A stretch of DNA of 64,000 nucleotides, from contig CM022667.1 of the NCBI GenBank assembly GCA_012295275.1, positions 14,384,001 to 14,448,000 on the forward strand, written 5' to 3'. Each line of letters starts with the position of its first letter. Within the stretch, counting starts at the first letter, position 1. The position numbers and the translations under genes are program-made. The stretch is from Chrysomallon squamiferum (Eukaryota > Animalia > Mollusca). Positions 55,301 to 64,000 of the stretch are shown here, piece by piece. The notes below the pieces were generated by a model that saw nothing but the letters and a program-made list of their open reading frames with translations, was not told the DNA's origin and did not search any database.

Positions 55301-58300
55301 GTTTTTTAAATGATCACAACTTTAAATATCTTCATAAATATTAATTTTCTTTTCTGTTCAAATGAAAAATAAAATCTTCATATTAAAAAAAACACAAAAA
55401 CAACACATTTTGGAAATAAGTTATTTAATAATCAGCTATTTATAATTTCAATTTCTCAAGCAGGAAAAGTATGTACAAATAACAAGATTAAAATAAAACT
55501 GTAATGAACTAGTTACCTGTAACAACCCTCTTCTCATGAGAAACACTTGATCACAGTAAGAGGTATCACCACGAAGGTAACTCTCCACAGCTCTGGCCAG
55601 CCAGAATCTGATTAATTATTGAAAAAATTAGACATGATCATGAATGTTTAATTTAGAAATAAACAGTTTTATGTAATAATAATAAAATAAAATAAATAAA
55701 ATACTGTTGAAAATAATGAAGTATGACAAACCTGAACGTAGATGTTGTTGGTTCTTTCTTCATCACCTCCACAATTTTTGTCAACAGACCTTTACTACCA
55801 CGACACATTAATGCTCTGTAAGTAACAAACAATACTGAAATAAACTTCACACAATGACAATACGAATTGTGGATCAAGTAACATTTTAGACGTTCCCCAT
55901 TAAGCTAATGTTCACATTCTTTTAATACAAGCTTAAGTTTGGTATCTCTCATCTCCATACTTCGTATGGTTGCAAAGATATAGTTGCTAAATAATACAGA
56001 ATAAAGTTAGCCTCAGAAAAACATCGGTTATAAGCTACCTAAGAGAGTAAACTATGAGCAAGTTATTAAATCTAGTTAGCATTTAAATTTAAACAGCTTT
56101 GTTGAATATATTTCAATTTAAATAATGAAAAATGCTGCTTTAAAATAATACCATAATAAGAGTAAACATTTTACTAAGTCATTAAAATATCTCTCCATTT
56201 AAAAAGCATGAAACAGAAAGACTAGTTTTATTTTTAAAATATCTGCTTTTATTTCAGACAAGATGATTATCATGCTAATACAAAAAAAAATATTATAAAG
56301 AGACTGCAACTGTACTGAAACCATAGAAAGCTTGCAATAACGTAATGATTTTTTTTTTTTTTGTCATCCTAAAGAAATTTTTTATTGTAACAACTTGTAA
56401 TCAAGATTCCATGGGTTTCTTTCAGGTTGTTCACATGGCAACAGACTGTAACTTGATAATTAATACTACTGGAGACAATATTTTCTATTACTATGTTCAC
56501 CCCATACATACTGCTTGTGAAAAAAATAAACCAAAAAGTATTACATTTAGCTATATTTAACACAAGAAAATCTTCATGTGACAATTCTTGAAAAAAAACC
56601 ACTTTGTTATTTTAAATTCCAAATAAAAGTTATTTTTTCTATTAAAAAAATAAAAAATAAAAAGATAAGTGATTTACTGATTGAAAAATTGAGCCAAGTT
56701 AAAGATGTATATGGCATCTAAGGCTATATTAAATATTAGTAATTAATACTGATAGCAGGAGTGAATTTCTAAAGAAAAGTTAATGGAAAGCAATTTTAGT
56801 TATTGCAAATAAAAACTTACTTGTTGACATTTTCCAACGAAGGTAATGACAAAGAACCTGCTTTGGCTGGAACAAAGATAAAAAAAAAAAATATGAAAAA
56901 TTATTATCTGTTAACAGTTTTATCTAATATTCACAAACATTACTATCATTTTTAGCTTACTATACTAATAAAAAGAAAACAAATATGTATATATAAAAAA
57001 GATCAACATTATCGCAAAGTAAAACTAAATCAAATGGACTAGCCTAAGTTGTTCAAGCTAACGCTTTTGTGAAATTACTAGAGAAACTGAAAATATGTAT
57101 GAGGGGAAAAAAATACCTAAATCCATTGATTTAAGTTTCTGTGAAATGAATTTTACTGATAATGTCAATAGTAACATTAACAATACCAGTTTAATTAATA
57201 ATAATGAACAGTGAATAATAACTACTAATTTTATTATTAATAATAAAGAAGTAACAAAAACAACATTAATATCCAATTAAATGTTAGTATTTTTAAATTG
57301 AAACTCTCCAAACTGCCATTGTACTTTTCAATACAGCCTATAGCAAATGCATTATTTATAATAACATATAAGAACAATGCCAGAATTCAGTACAGTTTAT
57401 TCTTTACTGAAAAAACTCACCATTAATTCTTTTCACCTCATTCAGCTCATTCTTAGACAAAAGTAGATGTTTGTAGCTGAAAAAAAAAAAAAAAATGCAA
57501 GGAAAATGTCAGTGTGAATGAATTTGATTGATGTGAGTATTCTGCAAATTGAAATTTCTTTGAAACAAATATCTTTTTTTATTTTATCTAATATGATAAA
57601 TGTTTAATAAAAATAACCAAGACAATAAAATAAAATAATGTATTTGGGTTGATGTGACAATTTAACATCAAAATTTAGTACAAAAATAATAATAATGATA
57701 ATAATTTTCGTAACTGGGATGGATTTCAAATAACTACAAAATAAATTGTACAGAAAAAAAAAAGAAAAAATGTAAGATAAAAAACCAGACTTACTCAGAA
57801 TGATCACAAAAGCTATGTACCAAGCGTAGAAACTGAATTTTCAAGGCAACCTCCTGGAAACAAAAATTATAATTTATAAAAAATACGAGTGTGAGAATTC
57901 AGAAGATCTGTGGGTGGGTGATATATCACTGCATATTTACTTTCATTTTTGAGTCTGAAAGACTGTTTACGACCACAAAACTGAATTATATTAAGTTACA
58001 AATACAGTGTCAGATTTATTAACATGGTAAAATGGTAAGAAAATAATGATCCAGTGAATATTAGCATAACAGTAAGACTAACCGGACTACATTCACAAGC
58101 TGCATTGTGACCTCTCAGTCTATGTCTGTTGTGATAACGATTACTGAAAATCAGATGTTTCATACATATTATTTATGCAAAAATTTAAATGTTCTGTAGC
58201 TTGAAACATACAGTTAATAATTTTGACTTAGACTGTGTGTAAATATATACAAATAAAATTTGTTTCATAAGTTTAAAATAGAAAATAATTTACAAAAAGT

Positions 58301-61300
58301 AAAATGTTTAACTTTTTAATCATATCTTCATCTTTAAGTTTAATATAGATAATTATTTATTATCACTATTTCCATCAACAAAATAAATTTTACAGACATC
58401 TAATTTGTAATAAAGATAAGACTTATTTTCATTTCAGTAGCAATGTTTCAGATGATTTTACAATTCAACAGCTGCAGAATTAAAAATACAAATCTTAATA
58501 GTGACATAAATAAAGATAATTATAAGACTAATTTAAGCCATGCTGAATTATAAATAAAAAAAATCTACTCACACTTGGCACTTCCATATAAATTGATCAA
58601 ACAACTCACTAAGACCTGGCGCCAATTTCAAATCAGCCAATTTTCTTTGAACCTGAAACACAGAAATAACACTATTTAAAATTTAGAATAAAAATCCTGC
58701 ACACTTAGAATAACAACAATAAAAAAAAAAATATAAAGATTTTATAAGCTACAAAAAAGTAGTTGACTGAGAAAATGATCCTGAAACTTAGTATTAATTG
58801 TTCCCAACAAAAATATAGTGAAAATTTTAAAAAACAAAGAAAATCAGGAATTTTAATGAGAAAGTAAATCAAAATACTAACGACGAACGTTATGTTAAAC
58901 ACTAAAATAACAGATCATTATCACCTGCAATTAATTTCCCTCAGACAATTTACCTTTTTCCTATGTTTGCCTAACAGGAACAAGCCCAACACATACACCA
59001 CTTCAACTCTCTGAACCAACTGTTCTGTGATCTTCAAACCCTGCTGCTGGATCATAGGACCACCCTCAGACACTGGCTCTGATATACCTGAAATGTAATG
59101 TCCACTATTAATCATCTTTCAGGGGTGGGGAAGAAAAAAAATAAAATAAAAAAATAAATACAAATTTAATTCTTTTTTTAAATAACCAACTTTTAAATAT
59201 CCGTATTTGATCAAAATGCTAACATTCTCCAAAGCTGTTCACTATTCACCTCTTCTGTGAATTATATTCATATATTAACTTTGTTGTGAGGGAAAAAAGA
59301 TCTCTTTAAACAGATTCGATAATCTACATCCTTTTTTAAAAATACCATCAAGATTCATAATCAAATACAACTCTAGAAATATACAAAGTCTTTATCACGT
59401 ACTATTCTTCTGACATCAAAAACTAATATTACATTTCCTTCCTAAGCTGTTATCAGAAATGTGTATATATAAAAAATAGCATAGTCTTACCTCCCATGAA
59501 TTCCTCAAAGTCATCAGCTGACTGGGGTTCATAAAGCTCATCTGCCATTTGGTTGTCAATCCACTCCATCCAGCAGTCTAGTTCACTCACCATGCCAGGA
59601 TAGCGTGGTGTATCTGTAAAATATTAAAATTAAAACTGAATTAGTAAATGGTTTTAAAACAATTTAAAAAAAATAAAGAAAATAAAGAATAAATACATTC
59701 AAGTGTTGATGCATAAATGTACTTAGCAGCAAACCATGAATTTCTTGCTGTGATAGACTTTTCACCATATGACCCTATTATCTGAATTTAATTCCATACT
59801 GTATCAAGAAATTTTTATCTTATTGTTTATCAACTGAGGATTATTCTCTGGAGTAACTTGCATAATTGACTTATCTCCAACTGCTGTTAAAAGTAAATTG
59901 TTGTGTTGGATCACAGTTCTCATGGTTTAAGATGAACAAAACTTTCAACCACTCTTTATTCAGAAGGACTGTTTACATTTTTATGACTTTCAAGAACTGA
60001 ACATACAAGAATGACTTTAATGGTTAGTTTAACATGGATATAAAATGTGAAGTACACAGCTAGAATACTGTTTGCTTTACAGGTACTCAAAACTAATTTT
60101 TCTTTTATCATTATTCATAGCTTTTGGAGTAATAATTAAGCATGTAACAAAGCAGGCAATATAATGAAAAGCCTCAAAGTGTGTTTAATTATTCCCTGTA
60201 CTTTGCAGCTTTCTACAATACATTTCTAACTTAGTCAAGGCAATGATTCTTTTTATTTTTAAATTCATAAATATACCTTTTCCTACCAAAAAATCAGGAA
60301 CAAGCAGTTTTTAAATTACTGTAATAGACATGATAAAGAAACAACTATGAAATTTCATTTGTTGCTTCATTTTATTTTGACACTTAAAATAAAACTTGCT
60401 GATAAGACACAGTTCAAAAAACTTTAAAATATCCTGCCTCGGTTTAACATTCCATTCAGTATATTATTACGATTATTGCACTGAGAAAGTTAACGTTCCA
60501 GAAAAAATTTACAAATACTTACATTCTTTAGAAATGGCAAATTTTATCAGTCTGGGCAGAAGTTCAGGAATACCAAGCAACAGTTCTGAAAACAGAAAAC
60601 ATTAACAATTAGCAGAAAATGTAATGACAAAAAGGAAAAATAATCGAGTTAAAACTTTTCTCAATGATGAATCATGAATCAAGAATGCTGCAGAATGATG
60701 ACTTGATGACAAATAGAAATGAGGAATATTTCTACAAATGAAAAACTGCAGCAAATGGGACAGATTTAAATTATGTGAATCCTTGTTTAACAAGTTCCAA
60801 CAGAATAATGCAACAACTGGGACCAATATTAAAGAAATACCACCATTTACTATGAGGTACTGAGCTGTAGCTATTTTAATTGAATTTAAACATATCTGGT
60901 AATAAACCTAAATGTTTCTATTTTTTTAAATAAAGTAAGACACCAGATTATTTTACAATGTAACCAGTTTCAGGTTTTTGAGTATTAGTATGTACCTTGA
61001 TTTATATCCCGCAAGTTGACAAATCCTCGACTTCTTTTCTGCTTGTTTTGAGCAAACACTGAAACATCAATATTTTCCAAATGAAAAAAATAAACATCTG
61101 AAATTTCAGTTACATGGTCATTTATAATCTAACTCCATTTCATTTTCTAAAAGAATACTTTTTATTTGTAATCTAAACATAATTAAAAAATATCTCAGTT
61201 ACAGACAGGCTTGATATAATCATATAAGAATAAATCCTTCACAAAATTAAAATACACAAATTAGTTACCAGTAACACTAAAATTATTTTGATATTTTTAA

Positions 61301-63407
61301 CAATAAAGAGTGGATTTCTTACAAAATGATTTACTAGAATTTATTATACACAGTAGTTGGCACTGTTATTCAATTATGTTGTTTAAAGCAATAAAATAAA
61401 ACTGTACCACTTACATGATGACTTGTTTTCATAGATATCGAGGTCAGAAATGACAACAGCCAGGATTCGACAGAAGTTAGCAAGCTGCATGTCATCTAGA
61501 CAGCTGATAAGACCTCGCATGTTTGCTGAAAACAGTGAGAAACATGTAAACAGTTTCTTCTAGAATAATTTTTGTACAATATTTTGCTAACAGTAAAATA
61601 CAAAAACTACTCAGATTTCGAAACAATCTTATTTAGATTTACAATTAAATTTCTTATTTTCTATGAAAAACAATTGCCACCACCATTTTTCTTTACTACA
61701 AAACTCACAAACTACAATGTACTCAGAAATAATTGTTTGAAATAAAAAAAAGTATATATCTGTCTTAATAACACAGTTTCTCAACATACAATTTACATCT
61801 ATTGCAAGAGTTAAAGAATACAGAAAAGTGACTGTACAGAAACTGCCTGCAACTTCAGATTTAAATTATCTCTATGGTTATATTCACAACTGATGTGGGT
61901 ACTTGTAAGGAGAGATACAATAATAAAAGCATTAACTCACTAATTCTGTGTAAATCTAAGACTTCTCTACGAGATTGCAGCATGTCTTCTATCAACTGGC
62001 AAGCATTAATAAATGTCTTTTTGTGAGCCAGTAGTGTGAATATGTAATTAATGATGTCGTCATTACTCAGCAACTCCTGTGACACTTTCTCTGCAATACA
62101 CTGAAATAAAGAAATAATAAAAATATTACTAAATGCAATATGATATTACAATCTTCTAGTACATTCCAACAGCTTCCATTACATTCTGCAATCAGAGCAT
62201 TAAATCAGTTTAGGAAATGTTTACTGCCAATATCATGCCATAATAATAATTTGGGATGTTGTGATTAAAATAACATCCTAGCTAATATTTGTTTCAAACA
62301 TATTATACATTTAGCAGTTAGTAAAACAAATATATGTACTTACGCCTTTACTTGTTGTTGTAATTTTTGTCAGAATCTCAAGAACTACACTTTTTATCCT
62401 CAACATGTGTTCTGATTCCCAAATGACTAAAGCAAGAAAGACAAAAGAAGCAAATATTTTATATTATGTAAACATTTAAAAAAAAAAAAAATTATTATCC
62501 TTCAAGAAACTCTATATATTGGATGACAAGTCGTGTATATGATGCTAGGTGCTAATATCTGAAATTTCAAAGAAATAAAATGCATGTAACAAGATTATAA
62601 TCTGTACACAATTTAACTTACTATCCAGTACACACAAAATATTTATTTATAATTAACTGATGAAAAAATTCTAACCCTGGTAAAAAGTCAGTTTGGTTTA
62701 TTCATTTTTTAACAGTGAAGATTCAAGTGTCAGTTTGTGCATGTGTTCATTTATATTTAATTAAGTAAATCATGTGAATATTAACAGTAAATGACTGTTC
62801 ATTACATGTGTTGACATTATATGGGTTTTTCTGGTGCTCAGTGAACCAAGTCAATAAATACCTTTGTTTGGTTTTGTCGTATGTGGAAACAAAGACCCAA
62901 ATGTTAGTAACCTCAGGAGAATCTGTAATTCAAAACATTAATCAAGACAAATGTAGTAACCGAAATGTAAGCAGTTCCATTATTCAAATTTACCTTCTGT
63001 TACTTCTAAAATATATGTAAATTTTTCATAGAGAGTGTTATTTAATTATATTTAAACTTTACACTGAAAACTGTTTTAGTCAGTGATTTTTAATCCTGGT
63101 GTCAGCACTCACTGGACAGTCCTGATTCATTGTATTCCATGTTTAGTATAAAAATCAATATGAAAAAAAAAAGTATAAAAGGGTTCTTGAGAGAAAAGAG
63201 GAGGGTAAGAACCAGTGCCATAAACTGGGCATTTTATTCAAAGGTTTTATGTGTTTCATTTTATTGTATTGTGATTTTTTAAAAAGAACTTACGTCAACT
63301 CCACCCAGTTCACAAAATTCATTAGCAAACTTGTTCTGATTCTCGTCTTGTGGGCTGTCATCATGAGTGCGTCTTGGCTCAAAATTCATCAACTTGCCAA
63401 GAAGTTT
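52327..63407 (-). CDS. TRPC4AP: Short transient receptor potential channel 4-associated protein (TRUSS), 5' end outside the window
   Basis: About 20 small GT-AG exons, for example 63407-63294, 62922-62862, 62426-62344, 62100-61941, 61525-61415, 59087-58954, ~55606-55518, ~53356-53107, ~52449-52327 (TAA). Peptides: LANFCRILAVVISD, FRFWLARAVESYLRG, DQVFLMRRGLL, SSFDLLGEMVKFN, LVDSNMFIRSL, ENVSCLNTTLVFLM, HYLHKDKDCSALEKSSRISFSYWKKTV. Confidence 0.92.
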
Positions 63408-64000
63408 CTGAAAAATTAACACTTTTTATATAATCACCACTAAGAAATGCTATATACAAAAAATGTTCATAATACAAGCTCTGAATATTAAAAATAAAAT
63501 ACTCTAATTAAAAAGTTAATGGGATCTTACATGCAGAAATAAAACAAAAAAAAACTCATTGCAGCTTCCCAAGCTGTTGGTGTCAATTCTTTCACTTGTA
63601 TTTCAAATGATAAAAAGACTGTTAAAATCAACTTTCATCTAACCAGATTATTTACATATGCTCAAAACAAAATAAACTGGATAATGCAAGTTTCAATGCC
63701 ATTTTGCACAACTTATTATTGTACTTTTTTAATAAAAAATGTAAGTAGTTTCTAAAGTATATATAAATAACCATGCTGCCATCTTATTAAATGCAGTAAT
63801 AAATTCTAGGAAGAAATTTTAGTTTTTTCGTTAAGTCAATGCAGTGGTCTCCCCAGCATCTGTGAAAGGGATGGTGGAAATTGGCATAACTGGTGGAAGT
63901 TAAACAAAGGGTACAAGTACTTTTGTTTGTTCTGTGAATTATATTCTTTACAAAATAATATATACATATATTGTTTTATAATCTTCTGTATATATTATAT

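Overview
AT-rich, microsatellite-rich animal genomic DNA with GT-AG introns; the gene content and repeat style suggest a lophotrochozoan, possibly a mollusc (inference). Positions 1-21 kb are a rearranged accessory region. It holds a minus-strand tandem family of uncharacterised secreted proteins: one complete 8-exon gene (609 aa by manual splicing) with two intact, near-identical candidate first exons, a 5'-truncated paralog at the window start, and an inverted exon 4-5 fragment. Intron 1 of the complete gene carries an internally deleted Academ (XPG + Cys-rich) DNA transposon, a ~2 kb tandem duplication and TA-flanked Tc1/mariner-type MITEs. A decayed MULE transposase and a hAT-like MITE lie nearby. 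Positions 22-64 kb hold four conserved genes: an FG-GAP/NERD1-like membrane protein (+), GAS8/DRC4 (-), a PH-domain evectin/PLEKHB-like gene (+, head-to-head with GAS8) and the 3' part of TRPC4AP (-). The best candidate for a novel system is the secreted-protein cluster: possible alternative first exons and motifs reminiscent of class II terpene-cyclase/prenyltransferase folds. All gene models were spliced by hand and no database searches were run.
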